From assembly GCF_003334785.1 (NCBI RefSeq), contig NZ_QOWV01000013.1: a DNA stretch of 64,000 nucleotides; one strand, 5' to 3'. Made by a program: the position numbers and the translations under genes. The notes under the pieces were generated by a model. That model saw only the letters and a program-made list of their open reading frames with translations, made no database searches and was not told the origin of the DNA. Position 1 is the first letter of the stretch. The number at the start of each line of letters is the position of its first letter. Source of the DNA: Escherichia coli (GTDB lineage: Bacteria; Pseudomonadota; Gammaproteobacteria; Enterobacterales; Enterobacteriaceae). Of the stretch, positions 13,904-27,932 are shown one piece after another.

Positions 13904-14830
13904 ATGACTGAACAACAAATTAGCCGAACTCAGGCGTGGCTGGAAAGTTTACGACCTAAAACCCTCCCCCTCGCCTTTGCTGCAATTATCGTCGGGACAG
14001 CGCTGGCATGGTGGCAAGGTCACTTCGATCCGCTGGTCGCCCTGCTGGCACTAATTACCGCCGGGCTATTACAGATCCTTTCTAACCTCGCCAATGATTA
14101 CGGCGATGCGGTAAAAGGCAGCGATAAACCTGACCGCATTGGGCCGCTACGCGGCATGCAAAAAGGGGTCATTACCCAGCAAGAGATGAAACGGGCGCTC
14201 ATTATTACCGTCGTGCTCATCTGTCTCTCCGGGCTGGCACTGGTTGCAGTGGCATGCCATACGCTGGCCGATTTTGTCGGTTTCCTGATTCTTGGCGGGT
14301 TGTCGATCATTGCCGCTATCACCTACACCGTGGGCAATCGTCCTTATGGTTATATCGGTCTGGGTGATATTTCCGTACTGGTTTTCTTTGGCTGGTTGAG
14401 TGTCATGGGGAGCTGGTATTTACAGGCTCATACATTGATTCCGGCACTGATCCTTCCGGCGACCGCATGCGGCCTGCTGGCAACGGCAGTACTGAATATT
14501 AATAACCTGCGTGATATCAATAGCGACCGCGAAAATGGCAAAAACACGCTGGTGGTGCGCTTAGGTGAAGTGAACGCGCGTCGTTATCATGCCTGCCTGC
14601 TGATGGGCTCGCTGGTGTGTCTGGCGCTGTTTAATCTCTTTTCGCTGCATAGCCTGTGGGGCTGGCTGTTCCTGCTGGCGGCACCATTACTGGTGAAGCA
14701 AGCCCGTTATGTGATGCGGGAAATGGACCCGGTGGCGATGCGACCAATGCTGGAACGTACTGTCAAGGGAGCGTTACTGACTAACCTGCTGTTTGTTTTA
14801 GGGATATTCCTAAGCCAGTGGGCAGCATAA
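13904..14830 (+). CDS. menA: 1,4-dihydroxy-2-naphthoate octaprenyltransferase
   Basis: Track ORF 13892..14830 starts at TTG; 308-aa MenA begins at internal ATG MTEQQISRTQAWLESLRPKTLPLAF. Confidence 0.92.
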   Translation: MTEQQISRTQAWLESLRPKTLPLAFAAIIVGTALAWWQGHFDPLVALLALITAGLLQILSNLANDYGDAVKGSDKPDRIGPLRGMQKGVITQQEMKRALIITVVLICLSGLALVAVACHTLADFVGFLILGGLSIIAAITYTVGNRPYGYIGLGDISVLVFFGWLSVMGSWYLQAHTLIPALILPATACGLLATAVLNINNLRDINSDRENGKNTLVVRLGEVNARRYHACLLMGSLVCLALFNLFSLHSLWGWLFLLAAPLLVKQARYVMREMDPVAMRPMLERTVKGALLTNLLFVLGIFLSQWAA

Positions 14831-14922
14831 CTGACAAATATCAATTAACAATTGATGATTTTGCCAACAGCCCACATAGCGCGATATACTGAAAATTCTC
14901 GCAGCAACTGAATGTTAAGCCT

Positions 14923-15408
14923 ATGAAATACGATACTTCCGAGCTTTGTGACATCTATCAAGAAGATGTTAACGTCGTGGAACCGCTGTTCTCCAACTTT
15001 GGCGGACGGGCGTCGTTTGGCGGACAAATAATCACGGTAAAATGTTTCGAGGACAACGGGTTGCTGTACGATCTGCTCGAACAGAATGGCCGTGGTCGTG
15101 TTCTTGTCGTCGATGGCGGTGGTTCTGTTCGTCGCGCACTGGTCGATGCTGAACTGGCGCGTCTGGCAGTACAAAATGAATGGGAAGGTCTGGTCATTTA
15201 CGGCGCGGTGCGTCAGGTAGATGACCTGGAAGAGTTGGATATCGGCATCCAGGCGATGGCGGCAATTCCGGTTGGTGCCGCTGGCGAAGGCATTGGCGAA
15301 AGCGATGTCCGCGTCAATTTTGGCGGTGTCACCTTCTTCTCCGGCGACCATCTTTATGCCGACAATACCGGGATTATTCTTTCAGAAGATCCGCTGGATA
15401 TTGAATGA
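14923..15408 (+). CDS. rraA: RNase E inhibitor RraA
   Basis: ORF track 161 aa [46 protein letters not shown]... Confidence 0.95.
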
Positions 15409-15412
15409 TAAG

Positions 15413-15439
15413 AAAGGCACCGCAAGGTGCCTTTTTTCT
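15413..15439. terminator. bidirectional intrinsic terminator between convergent rraA and zapB
   Basis: aaaggcaccgcaaggtgccttttttct hairpin plus T-run. Confidence 0.7.
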
Positions 15440-15492
15440 GCGTTACCTGTTGGCCTACACAGTAAAGAAATTACGCGGAAGATGAAGCGTAA

Positions 15493-15786
<294 letters not shown>

Positions 15787-15959
15787 TTACCGGTGACGCC
15801 TTAATAAATACGAGCGCACTTTAGTTAGCTCCGATTGTATGAAGCCGCGCCATCGCTGTCCAGCGGCACGCCTTGCAGATTACGGTTTGCCACACTTTTC
15901 ATCCTTCTCCTGGTGACATAATCCACATCAATCGAAAATGTTAATAAATTTGTTGCGCG

Positions 15960-16162
15960 AATGATCTAACAAACATGCATCATGTACAATCAGATGGAAT
16001 AAATGGCGCGATAACGCTCATTTTATGACGAGGCACACACATTTTAAGTTCGATATTTCTCGTTTTTGCTCGTTAACGATAAGTTTACAGCATGCCTACA
16101 AGCATCGTGGAGGTCCGTGACTTTCACGCATACAACAAACATTAACTCTTCAGGATCCGATT
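15960..16162 (+). promoter_or_regulatory. glpFKX promoter region (GlpR operators / CRP site expected; not individually resolved)
   Basis: Position upstream of glpF; AT-rich with repeated cgttaacgataag-like half sites. Confidence 0.35.
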
Positions 16163-18539
<2,377 letters not shown>

Positions 18540-18544
18540 TGTAA

Positions 18545-18612
18545 ATGCCGAATGAAGCGTTTATGCCGCATCCGGTAGTCCCGAAACGTGCGGGGGCAAC
18601 CCCGCACACATC
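18545..18612. repeat. REP-like palindromic element plus hairpin
   Basis: gccgaatgaagcgtttatgccgcatccgg followed by gtgcgggggcaaccccgcac. Confidence 0.5.
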
Positions 18613-18673
18613 AATAATCCCTCCCTTCCCCTGTGCTACACTTCGCGCCATTCCTTACTGCTTAGAGTTTGCT

Positions 18674-19684
18674 ATGAGACGAGAACTTGCCATCGAATTT
18701 TCCCGCGTCACCGAATCAGCGGCGCTGGCTGGCTACAAATGGTTAGGACGCGGCGATAAAAACACCGCGGACGGCGCGGCGGTAAACGCCATGCGTATTA
18801 TGCTCAACCAGGTCAACATTGACGGCACCATCGTCATTGGTGAAGGTGAAATCGACGAAGCACCGATGCTCTACATTGGTGAAAAAGTCGGTACTGGTCG
18901 CGGCGACGCGGTAGATATTGCTGTTGATCCGATTGAAGGCACGCGCATGACGGCGATGGGCCAGGCTAACGCGCTGGCGGTGCTGGCAGTAGGCGATAAA
19001 GGCTGCTTCCTCAATGCGCCGGATATGTATATGGAGAAGCTGATTGTCGGGCCGGGAGCCAAAGGCACCATTGATCTGAACCTGCCGCTGGCGGATAACC
19101 TGCGCAATGTAGCGGCGGCGCTCGGCAAACCGTTGAGCGAACTGACGGTAACGATTCTGGCTAAACCACGCCACGATGCCGTTATCGCTGAAATGCAGCA
19201 ACTCGGCGTACGCGTATTTGCTATTCCGGACGGCGACGTTGCGGCCTCAATTCTCACCTGTATGCCAGACAGCGAAGTTGACGTGCTGTACGGTATTGGT
19301 GGCGCGCCGGAAGGCGTAGTTTCTGCGGCGGTGATCCGCGCATTAGATGGCGACATGAACGGTCGTCTGCTGGCGCGTCATGACGTCAAAGGCGACAACG
19401 AAGAGAATCGTCGCATTGGCGAGCAGGAGCTGGCACGCTGCAAAGCGATGGGCATCGAAGCCGGTAAAGTATTGCGCCTGGGCGATATGGCGCGCAGCGA
19501 TAACGTCATCTTCTCTGCCACCGGTATTACCAAAGGCGATCTGCTGGAAGGCATTAGCCGCAAAGGCAATATCGCGACTACCGAAACGCTGCTGATCCGC
19601 GGCAAGTCACGCACCATTCGCCGCATTCAGTCCATCCACTATCTGGATCGCAAAGACCCGGAAATGCAGGTGCACATCCTCTGA
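18674..19684 (+). CDS. glpX: fructose-1,6-bisphosphatase class II
   Basis: Track ORF 18545..19684; 336-aa GlpX from internal MRRELAIEFSRVTESAALAGYKWLGRGDKN. Confidence 0.94.
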   Translation: MRRELAIEFSRVTESAALAGYKWLGRGDKNTADGAAVNAMRIMLNQVNIDGTIVIGEGEIDEAPMLYIGEKVGTGRGDAVDIAVDPIEGTRMTAMGQANALAVLAVGDKGCFLNAPDMYMEKLIVGPGAKGTIDLNLPLADNLRNVAAALGKPLSELTVTILAKPRHDAVIAEMQQLGVRVFAIPDGDVAASILTCMPDSEVDVLYGIGGAPEGVVSAAVIRALDGDMNGRLLARHDVKGDNEENRRIGEQELARCKAMGIEAGKVLRLGDMARSDNVIFSATGITKGDLLEGISRKGNIATTETLLIRGKSRTIRRIQSIHYLDRKDPEMQVHIL

Positions 19685-19704
19685 TTGATTTGATCGATTG
19701 AGCC

Positions 19705-19735
19705 TTCCAGTCCTTCGGGACTGGAATTTTTTTGT
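19705..19735 (+). terminator. intrinsic terminator after glpX
   Basis: ttccagtccttcgggactggaa hairpin followed by T7. Confidence 0.75.
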
Positions 19736-19780
19736 TCGGAGAACGAAGATAAGGCAAGTCAATCAAAACAGGAGAAAAAC

Positions 19781-20527
19781 ATGGCTGATTGGGTAACAGG
19801 CAAAGTCACTAAAGTGCAGAACTGGACCGACGCCCTGTTTAGTCTCACCGTTCACGCCCCCGTGCTTCCGTTTACCGCCGGGCAATTTACCAAGCTTGGC
19901 CTTGAAATCGACGGCGAACGCGTCCAGCGCGCCTACTCCTATGTAAACTCGCCCGATAATCCCGATCTGGAGTTTTACCTGGTCACCGTCCCCGATGGCA
20001 AATTAAGCCCACGACTGGCGGCACTGAAACCAGGCGATGAAGTGCAGGTGGTTAGCGAAGCGGCAGGATTCTTTGTGCTCGATGAAGTGCCGCACTGCGA
20101 AACGCTATGGATGCTGGCAACCGGTACAGCGATTGGCCCTTATTTATCGATTCTGCAACTAGGTAAAGATTTAGATCGCTTCAAAAATCTGGTCCTGGTG
20201 CACGCCGCACGTTATGCCGCCGACTTAAGCTATTTGCCACTGATGCAGGAACTGGAAAAACGCTACGAAGGAAAACTGCGCATTCAGACGGTGGTCAGTC
20301 GGGAAACGGCAGCGGGGTCGCTCACCGGACGGATACCGGCATTAATTGAAAGTGGGGAACTGGAAAGCACGATTGGCCTGCCGATGAATAAAGAAACCAG
20401 CCATGTGATGCTGTGCGGCAATCCACAGATGGTGCGCGATACACAACAGTTGCTGAAAGAGACCCGGCAGATGACGAAACATTTACGTCGCCGACCGGGC
20501 CATATGACAGCGGAGCATTACTGGTAA
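19781..20527 (+). CDS. fpr: ferredoxin/flavodoxin-NADP+ reductase
   Basis: ORF track 248 aa MADWVTGKVTKVQNWTDALFSLTVHAPVLPFTAGQF... Confidence 0.96.
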   Translation: MADWVTGKVTKVQNWTDALFSLTVHAPVLPFTAGQFTKLGLEIDGERVQRAYSYVNSPDNPDLEFYLVTVPDGKLSPRLAALKPGDEVQVVSEAAGFFVLDEVPHCETLWMLATGTAIGPYLSILQLGKDLDRFKNLVLVHAARYAADLSYLPLMQELEKRYEGKLRIQTVVSRETAAGSLTGRIPALIESGELESTIGLPMNKETSHVMLCGNPQMVRDTQQLLKETRQMTKHLRRRPGHMTAEHYW

Positions 20528-20531
20528 GCGG

Positions 20532-20960
20532 TTACTTATCGATAAACGGCACGATGAGCAAATCCGCACTCATCTTATTGATCATCCCGCGATATGCCGG
20601 CATCAAACGGTTGATAAATGAGTGATGATGACCACAGACAAGGAGGTCGCACTGCTCTTTTTGCATAATTTCCAGCAGTGTTTCCGGCATTTCTCCGCGT
20701 TCAATACGCAGTTTTGTCTTCGGCCATTGAATATTTTTCGTCAGTTTATACAGCTTGTTATCCGACTTATTCTTCAACAATTGAAGAATATCTTCTGTTG
20801 CAGGGAAGTAGATACCCGGATACAACTCGCTTAAGCCATCATCAATATGAATTAACGTCAGGTGAGCGTCATTATGTCTGGCGAGCTCCAGGGCTTTATT
20901 CACCAGTAAGGCATCTTCTTCATTCCCGGAAATTGCCACGCCAATGTGTTTATAAGCCAT
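20532..20960 (-). CDS. uspD: universal stress protein D
   Basis: ORF track 142 aa [41 protein letters not shown]... Confidence 0.93.
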
Positions 20961-20986
20961 GTTTAACTCCTTCTAAAGCAACTCCA

Positions 20987-21286
20987 TCAAGCTAACGAAC
21001 GCAGTGATAACTCAAAAATAATCATCTCGGCCTGGCATGAGAAAGTGAAGGCCGCATCAAGCTCAACTTGCCCCTCCAGATCCTTAATCTTATAGGCCAC
21101 GCTGGCCCCTTCATCTGCAGAGGATGTAGCGGCGGCAAGCTCTTTCAGTTTGGTCATAAAAGACTCTGCTTCTTCGCGGGTGGCAAAAAAGCGCGAAAAC
21201 TTACTGGTACAGTTGTCGTTATCAATCACCGTACCGATATCAATCGCACATCCTTTAGTACTGCATTTATCTACGACATCTTTCAT
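20987..21286 (-). CDS. yiiS: YiiS, DUF406-family protein of unknown function
   Basis: ORF track 99 aa [30 protein letters not shown]... Confidence 0.85.
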
Positions 21287-21497
21287 AGGGCACCTCTGTA
21301 TATTCGCCTCTCTGTCGATTACGACTTAAGAATAATGCGCCGTTAAGGGAAGAACAAACAAGTAATGATCTTATGGATTACCATTTTTTTTGATATTGCT
21401 TAAGGTGAAGAGTTCAGAAGGATTTTCCGGGTATTGTCATTTGCATCGTGGAAATAACAATCCCGGAAAAAAATAGCAGTAAGAGATATATTAAAGG

Positions 21498-21938
21498 TTA
21501 ATTACTTGATTTATTGTCGGCTTTATACTTCACATCCTGAGTATCTTTACCATATTTATTTTCGCCTTGTGTGCCAACAAACGCACCAAGATCGATAAGC
21601 ATCATCACCAGAATCAACGTCGGGACAAAACGCCCCACCGCCCATTGCCAGACACCCGGTAAAATCGCCCAGTTACCCGCCAGCAGCATCCACGCCACAA
21701 TCATCAGAAATGCCCATGCGCCGGAACGCCCGCGATCATGCAAGCGCTTAACAGTTACTGCCGCTGTTGGCCAGAGCAAGCACACAAGGCAAAACGCCGC
21801 GGTCTGAATATCGAGTAGATTCTTACCCGCCAGTGAGAAAAGCACCAGCATGCCTGCGAACCACAGGCCTATCCAAATCCAGAAATCACGGCGTCCAATA
21901 CGCCCTTTAAATGAGAATAACCATTGCTGTATGGTCAT
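21498..21938 (-). CDS. yiiR: YiiR, DUF805-family inner membrane protein
   Basis: ORF track 146 aa MTIQQWLFSFKGRIGRRDFWIWIGLWFAGMLVLF...; several hydrophobic segments. Confidence 0.85.
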   Translation of the reverse strand: MTIQQWLFSFKGRIGRRDFWIWIGLWFAGMLVLFSLAGKNLLDIQTAAFCLVCLLWPTAAVTVKRLHDRGRSGAWAFLMIVAWMLLAGNWAILPGVWQWAVGRFVPTLILVMMLIDLGAFVGTQGENKYGKDTQDVKYKADNKSSN

Positions 21939-22038
21939 GTAAGTTCCTTGATGGTTGTCTTTTCCAGGATTCTACCCTTTTGACAAGGGCGACAGATATC
22001 GTTTTAATCGGAGCCAGTCATAACAAAAGGTACTGTCA

Positions 22039-22638
22039 ATGAAGCCAGGGTGTACGCTGTTTTTTCTCTTATGTTCTGCATTAACCGTTACAACAGCGGC
22101 GCATGCACAAACACCAGATACGGCAACGACCGCGCCTTATCTGCTGGCTGGAGCCCCTACTTTCGATCTCTCCATCAGCCAGTTTCGAGAAGACTTTAAC
22201 AGCCAGAATCCCAGCCTGCCACTGAACGAATTTCGTGCCATCGACAGCAGTCCCGACAAAGCCAATCTCACTCGTGCTGCAAGTAAAATTAATGAGAACT
22301 TGTATGCTTCTACAGCGCTGGAGCGCGGTACCTTAAAAATCAAAAGCATTCAAATGACCTGGCTACCCATCCAGGGGCCAGAGCAAAAAGCCGCGAAAGC
22401 GAAAGCTCAGGAATACATGGCAGCGGTGATCCGCACACTCACCCCATTAATGACCAAAACACAAAGCCAGAAAAAACTGCAGTCGCTACTAACGGCGGGG
22501 AAAAACAAACGTTATTACACCGAGACAGAAGGTGCACTGCGTTATGTTGTCGCGGACAACGGCGAAAAGGGGCTGACCTTCGCTGTTGAACCGATTAAGC
22601 TGGCGCTATCTGAATCGCTTGAAGGTTTGAATAAATGA
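22039..22638 (+). CDS. yiiQ: YiiQ, DUF1454-family periplasmic protein
   Basis: ORF track 199 aa with signal peptide MKPGCTLFFLLCSALTVTTAAHA. Confidence 0.85.
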   Translation: MKPGCTLFFLLCSALTVTTAAHAQTPDTATTAPYLLAGAPTFDLSISQFREDFNSQNPSLPLNEFRAIDSSPDKANLTRAASKINENLYASTALERGTLKIKSIQMTWLPIQGPEQKAAKAKAQEYMAAVIRTLTPLMTKTQSQKKLQSLLTAGKNKRYYTETEGALRYVVADNGEKGLTFAVEPIKLALSESLEGLNK

Positions 22639-22745
22639 CAAAAAGCAAAGCCTTTGTGCCGATGAATCTCTATACTGTTTCACAGACCTGCTGCCCTGCG
22701 GGGCGGCCATCTTCCTTTATTCGCTTATAAGCGTGGAGAATTAAA

Positions 22746-23513
22746 ATGCGACATCCTTTAGTGATGGGTAACTGGAAACTGAACGGCAGCCGCCACATGG
22801 TTCACGAGCTGGTTTCTAACCTGCGTAAAGAGCTGGCAGGTGTTGCTGGCTGTGCGGTTGCAATCGCACCACCGGAAATGTATATCGATATGGCGAAGCG
22901 CGAAGCTGAAGGCAGCCACATCATGCTGGGTGCGCAAAACGTGGACCTGAACCTGTCCGGCGCATTCACCGGTGAAACCTCTGCTGCTATGCTGAAAGAC
23001 ATCGGCGCACAGTACATCATCATCGGTCACTCTGAACGTCGTACTTACCACAAAGAATCTGACGAACTGATCGCGAAAAAATTCGCGGTGCTGAAAGAGC
23101 AGGGCCTGACTCCGGTTCTGTGCATCGGTGAAACCGAAGCTGAAAATGAAGCGGGCAAAACTGAAGAAGTTTGCGCACGTCAGATCGACGCGGTACTGAA
23201 AACTCAGGGTGCTGCGGCATTCGAAGGTGCGGTTATCGCTTACGAACCTGTATGGGCAATCGGTACTGGCAAATCTGCAACTCCGGCTCAGGCACAGGCT
23301 GTTCACAAATTCATCCGTGACCACATCGCTAAAGTTGACGCTAACATCGCTGAACAAGTGATCATTCAGTACGGCGGCTCTGTAAACGCGTCTAACGCTG
23401 CAGAACTGTTTGCTCAGCCGGATATCGACGGCGCGCTGGTTGGTGGTGCTTCTCTGAAAGCTGACGCCTTCGCAGTAATCGTTAAAGCTGCAGAAGCGGC
23501 TAAACAGGCTTAA
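22746..23513 (+). CDS. tpiA: triosephosphate isomerase
   Basis: ORF track 255 aa [32 protein letters not shown]... Confidence 0.97.
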
Positions 23514-23522
23514 GTCTGACAG

Positions 23523-23545
23523 GTGCCGGATTTCATATCCGGCAC
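23523..23545. terminator. hairpin terminator between convergent tpiA and cdh
   Basis: gtgccggatttcatatccggcac perfect stem-loop. Confidence 0.6.
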
Positions 23546-23567
23546 TTACTTTCCTTAACTCTTCGCC

Positions 23568-24323
23568 TTAACGCAAAATCTCACACTGATGATCCTGAAT
23601 TTCCTCGGCTGAAGCACGGTTAAGCGTCAGTAGATTTCGTTGTGTCGCCAGCAATACAAATGAGTTATCACTCTGCCGTACCATCGCCAGCCCGTAGCGT
23701 CCCATATGTTCCCGCGCCTCAGGTACTTCTTCTGCCAGCATCATAAATGGGCTGCGTTGTACCAGTTCGCTTTCCGTTACCCGACGCGCCAGGTATTCAT
23801 GCCCGCGCAAACCACCTGGCAGTGGCAACCAGCGGCTGCTGATGTTCGCCAGATTGTTATCCAGCTGTTTGCGCACATCAGGACGAATACAAGAGATATG
23901 AATATGAAAATGGTTTTGCGTACGCCCGGTGCGGGAGTTGATCGCCAAAGAAACCGCGCGATCGGGAACCGGCTGGCCGTATTTTTTGCTCATAAAATCA
24001 CGCGCCTGCCAAGCCAACCAAAAGAAGTTCGGCGTTGAAGGATCGGTCAACAAAGGACTTTCAGTACCGTTAATACGATACGTTGGCATCAACAGATATT
24101 GCAGTGGGCCATTAAGATCTTTTAAAACCACGTATCCGGCATTGGGTTTGACTTCCGCACATGGCGAAGGATTTTGATTTTGCTGCTGATTGGGCAAACA
24201 TTCCTCAAGGACAATCTTACGTAATGTATCCGACTCTTCACCGGTTAATTTCCAGTAACCAATACCGGCAGCCACAACGGCGATAACTATCATCACCAAA
24301 AAAAGAAGACCCGCTTTTTTCAT
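23568..24323 (-). CDS. cdh: CDP-diacylglycerol pyrophosphatase
   Basis: Track ORF 23568..24515 (TTG start); 251-aa Cdh from internal [26 protein letters not shown]; start coordinate from track arithmetic. Confidence 0.9.
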
Positions 24324-24429
24324 CTTTTTTTCCCTGTACCTCAAAGAGATGCAAGGGTAACGCAAAATCGTGACAAATAAAAAACCCGGTCGCGAGAAAC
24401 CACCGGGTTTGATAATTATCCTGGGGAAA

Positions 24430-25419
24430 TCAGCGTTTGCTGATCTGATCGAACGTACCGCCGTTAGCAAAATGCTCTTTTTGCGCTTTCGTCCAGCCGC
24501 CGAACTCTTCATCAATGGTGAATAACTTCAGCTTTGGAAACGCATTTTCGTACTTTTTCGCCACCTCAGCGTCGCGCGGACGGTAGTAGTTTTTCGCGGC
24601 AATTTCCTGACCTTCTGGCGAGTAGAGATATTTCAGGTAGGCTTCCGCCACCTCTTTAGTACCTTTTTTCTCGACCACTTTATCGACCACCGACACGGTT
24701 GGCTCTGCGAGGATAGACTCACTCGGCGTGACGATTTCGAATTTATCTTTCCCCAGTTCATTCGCTGCCAGCAGAGCTTCGTTTTCCCAGGCAATCAGTA
24801 CATCGCCAATTCCGCGCTCGACAAAAGTGTTAGTGGAGCCACGCGCGCCAGAATCCAGAACTTCGACGTTTTTATACAGTGCCCGAACAAAATCCTGTGC
24901 TTTTGCCTGATCGTTGTTGTTGTGATGCAGCGCGTAGCCCCAGGCTGCCAGGTAGTTCCAGCGCGCGCCACCAGAGCTTTTCGGATTAGGCGTGATCACC
25001 GAAACACCCGGTTTAATCAGATCGTTCCAGTCATGGATCTGCTTCGGATTTCCCTTACGTACCAGGAAAACAATGGTGGAAGTGTACGGTGCGGAGTTAT
25101 CCGGCAGACGTTTGATCCACTCTTTATCAATCCGCCCGCGTTCCGCAATTGCGTCCACGTCATAGGCCAGAGCCAGCGTGACAACATCAGCTTCAATACC
25201 GTTGATTACCGACGTCGCTTGTTTACCTGAGCCACCGTGTGACTGACGAATCACCACGTTATCACCAGTTTGCTGTTTCCAGTGGGCGCTGAATGCCTTG
25301 TTGTACTGTTCGTACAATTCGCGCGTTGGATCATATGAAACGTTAAGAAGCTGAATATCCTTTGCCATAACGCTGGTTGCCGCCAGCAAAAATGTTAACC
25401 CTACGCCCCACTTGTTCAT
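24430..25419 (-). CDS. sbp: periplasmic sulfate-binding protein
   Basis: ORF track 329 aa [43 protein letters not shown]... Confidence 0.95.
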
Positions 25420-25584
25420 CGCCCGACTCTCTTATGTTGTGTTGTGATGAGCAAAGCGTGCCAGAAGGTTAACCAAACATTAAAGAATAAAAAAAGATTG
25501 GCTATAACTTGCGGGTATATGTTGAGGGATTAAAAAGGCGGAAGAAATCCGCCTCATATTGCTGACAAAGTGCGCTTTGTCCAT

Positions 25585-25690
25585 GCCGGATGCGGCGCGA
25601 ACGCCTTATCCGGCCTACAAAAGTTTGCAAATTCAATAAATTGCAGAATTCATGTAGGCCTGATAAGCGAAGCGCATCAGGCATTTTTGC
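25585..25690. repeat. BIME (two inverted REP units)
   Basis: gccggatgcggcgcgaacgccttatccggcctac ... gtaggcctgataagcgaagcgcatcaggca; antisense track ORF 25502..25699 with ...[12 protein letters not shown]... is a REP artefact. Confidence 0.8.
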
Positions 25691-25738
25691 TTCTGTCATC
25701 GGTTTCAGGGTAAAGGAATCTGCCTTTTTCCGAAATCA

Positions 25739-26701
25739 TTAATACAGTTTTTTCGCGCAGTCCAGCCAGTCACCTTTGAACGGACGCTTCATGTTTTCGA
25801 TAGCGTCGATGATGTCGTGGTGAACCAGCTGTTCGTTCTGGATACCTACACAACGACCGCCGTAACCTGCCAGCAGCAGATCGATAGCGTAAGCGCCCAT
25901 ACGGGAAGCCAGAATACGGTCGTAAGGCACCGGAGAACCACCGCGCTGGATGTGGCCCAGCACAGTTGCGCGGGTTTCACGACCGGTTTCTTTCTCGATG
26001 AAATGCGCCAGTTCGTCAACATCACACATATGTTCGGTAATCGCCACGATCGCGTGTTTTTTACCTTTCGCGATACCCGCTTTGATTTCGTTTACCAGGT
26101 CTTCACGGCTGAATTCAACTTCCGGAACCACAACGAATTCACAGCCACCGGCAATGGCCGCAGCCAACGTCAGATCTCCACAATAACGGCCCATCACTTC
26201 CACCACGGAAATACGCTGGTGAGAAGAAGAGGTGTCACGCAGACGGTCGATCGCTTCTACAACGGTGCTCAGCGCAGTGAAGAAACCGATAGTGTAGTCA
26301 GTGCCTTTGATGTCGTTGTCGATAGTGCCCGGCAGACCGATGCACGGGAAGCCCATTTCGGTCAGACGCATTGCACCCATGTAGGAACCGTCACCGCCGA
26401 TAACCACCAGCGCGTCGATACCACGTTTTTTCAGGTTTTCGATAGCCACGGCGCGGATGTTCTCGTCGCGGAATTCCGGGAAACGCGCAGAACCGAGGAA
26501 CGTACCGCCACGGTTGATCATGTCAGACACGCTGTAACGGTCTAGCTGTACCATACGGTCTTCATACAGACCCAGATAGCCGTCATAAATACCCATTACT
26601 TCCAGACCTTCTGTCAGCGCAGAACGAACAACCCCGCGAATTGCGGCGTTCATGCCTGGCGCATCACCGCCGCTTGTCAACACACCGATTTTCTTAATCA
26701 T
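25739..26701 (-). CDS. pfkA: 6-phosphofructokinase I
   Basis: Track ORF 25739..26797; 320-aa PfkA from internal [32 protein letters not shown]. Confidence 0.96.
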
Positions 26702-26881
26702 GACTACCTCTGAACTTTGGAATGCAAAATGAAATCTGTTGCCGGAAGTCTTCTTGCACATCGAAGTGATCCAACGAATGTGCAAATAGTATAACAATCA
26801 CTTCCTGCTGAATTGATTCAGGTCAGGCCAAATGGCGGTATTTTATACACAAAATGCGGGTCTGGCTCTCTTTTATACTGA

Positions 26882-27784
26882 TTATGAAAGCATAGACCGT
26901 TTACCCTCCCTGGGTACGACGGAACAGGGGTCCTGATGGATAATTACATCCGATCCCGGAAAACGCCGTAAAATAGCCTGCTCTACCTGATCCGCCACCA
27001 TATGTGCCTGAACCAAAGGCAGAGAGTCTTCCATTTCCAAATGAATCTGAATAAAGCGGGTCGGCCCTGACTGCCGCGTGCGAAGATCGTGAGCGCCGCT
27101 AACACCCGGCCAGGAAGTCACGATATCAATAATTTCTTGCCGTTCCTCATCAGGCAATGCGCGATCCAGTAATGACTGTACCGCCTCATATCCCATGCGT
27201 AACGCGCTATATAAAATATAGATGCCGATTCCCAATGCAAACAGAGCATCGGCGCGATGCCAGCCGTACCAGGACAACCCCAGCGCCAGCAGAATTGCGC
27301 CGTTCATCATAACATCAGACTGGTAATGTAGCATATCAGCCCGCACCGCCTGGCTTTGCGTCCGCCGCACCACCCAACGCTGAAACGAGACAAGGATAAT
27401 CGTACAAATTAGCGCCACAATTGTCACGATAACCCCGACGCCTGGATCTGTCATCGGTGTTGGAGATATCAGATGTTGAATACCCGTCAAAAACAGGAAT
27501 AGTGCCGAACCGGAGATAAACATACTTTGCGCCAGCGCCGCGAGGGACTCAGCTTTACCGTGACCAAACGAGTGATTATCGTCGGCAGGTTGCAGGGAAT
27601 ATCGCACCACCAATAAATTCGTCAACGACGCGCCGATATCCACCAGCGAATCCACCAGCGCGGCGAGAATACTCACCGACCCGGTATACCACCATGCAAA
27701 AATTTTAATCAGCAATAGCAGCGAAGCCATCGCCGTCGCAGCAATCGCCGCCCGACTGACCAGCCGTCCATAAGATTGATTCAT
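26882..27784 (-). CDS. fieF: cation-diffusion facilitator Fe/Zn efflux transporter FieF (YiiP)
   Basis: Track ORF 26882..27802; 300-aa FieF from internal [35 protein letters not shown]. Confidence 0.93.
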
Positions 27785-27865
27785 AAATACTCCCGCTATC
27801 AACTGACGCTAGTATAACGGAAGCAAATCATCTGCAATGCATTAAGCAGCAGGCAAATTGAGGAT

Positions 27866-27932
27866 AAAAAAAACCCCCACAGCATGTGGGGGAAGACAGG
27901 GATGGTGTCTATGGCAAGGAAAACAGGGTTTA
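27866..27932 (-). ncRNA. cpxQ: candidate CpxQ sRNA (cpxP 3'UTR-derived) including the cpxP intrinsic terminator
   Basis: Immediately downstream of cpxP stop; hairpin cccccacatgctgtggggg followed by T8 on the minus strand; assignment as a processed sRNA rests on published biology, not on sequence alone. Confidence 0.45.

Noticed and set aside
23568-24515. Apparent one-base frame inconsistencies when I hand-translated the cdh 5' region (about 24300-24360) and the kdgT start (about 32563-32574)
   Set aside because: The computed ORF track shows both reading frames intact and full-length, so I attribute the discrepancy to my own manual reading error and use track-derived coordinates.
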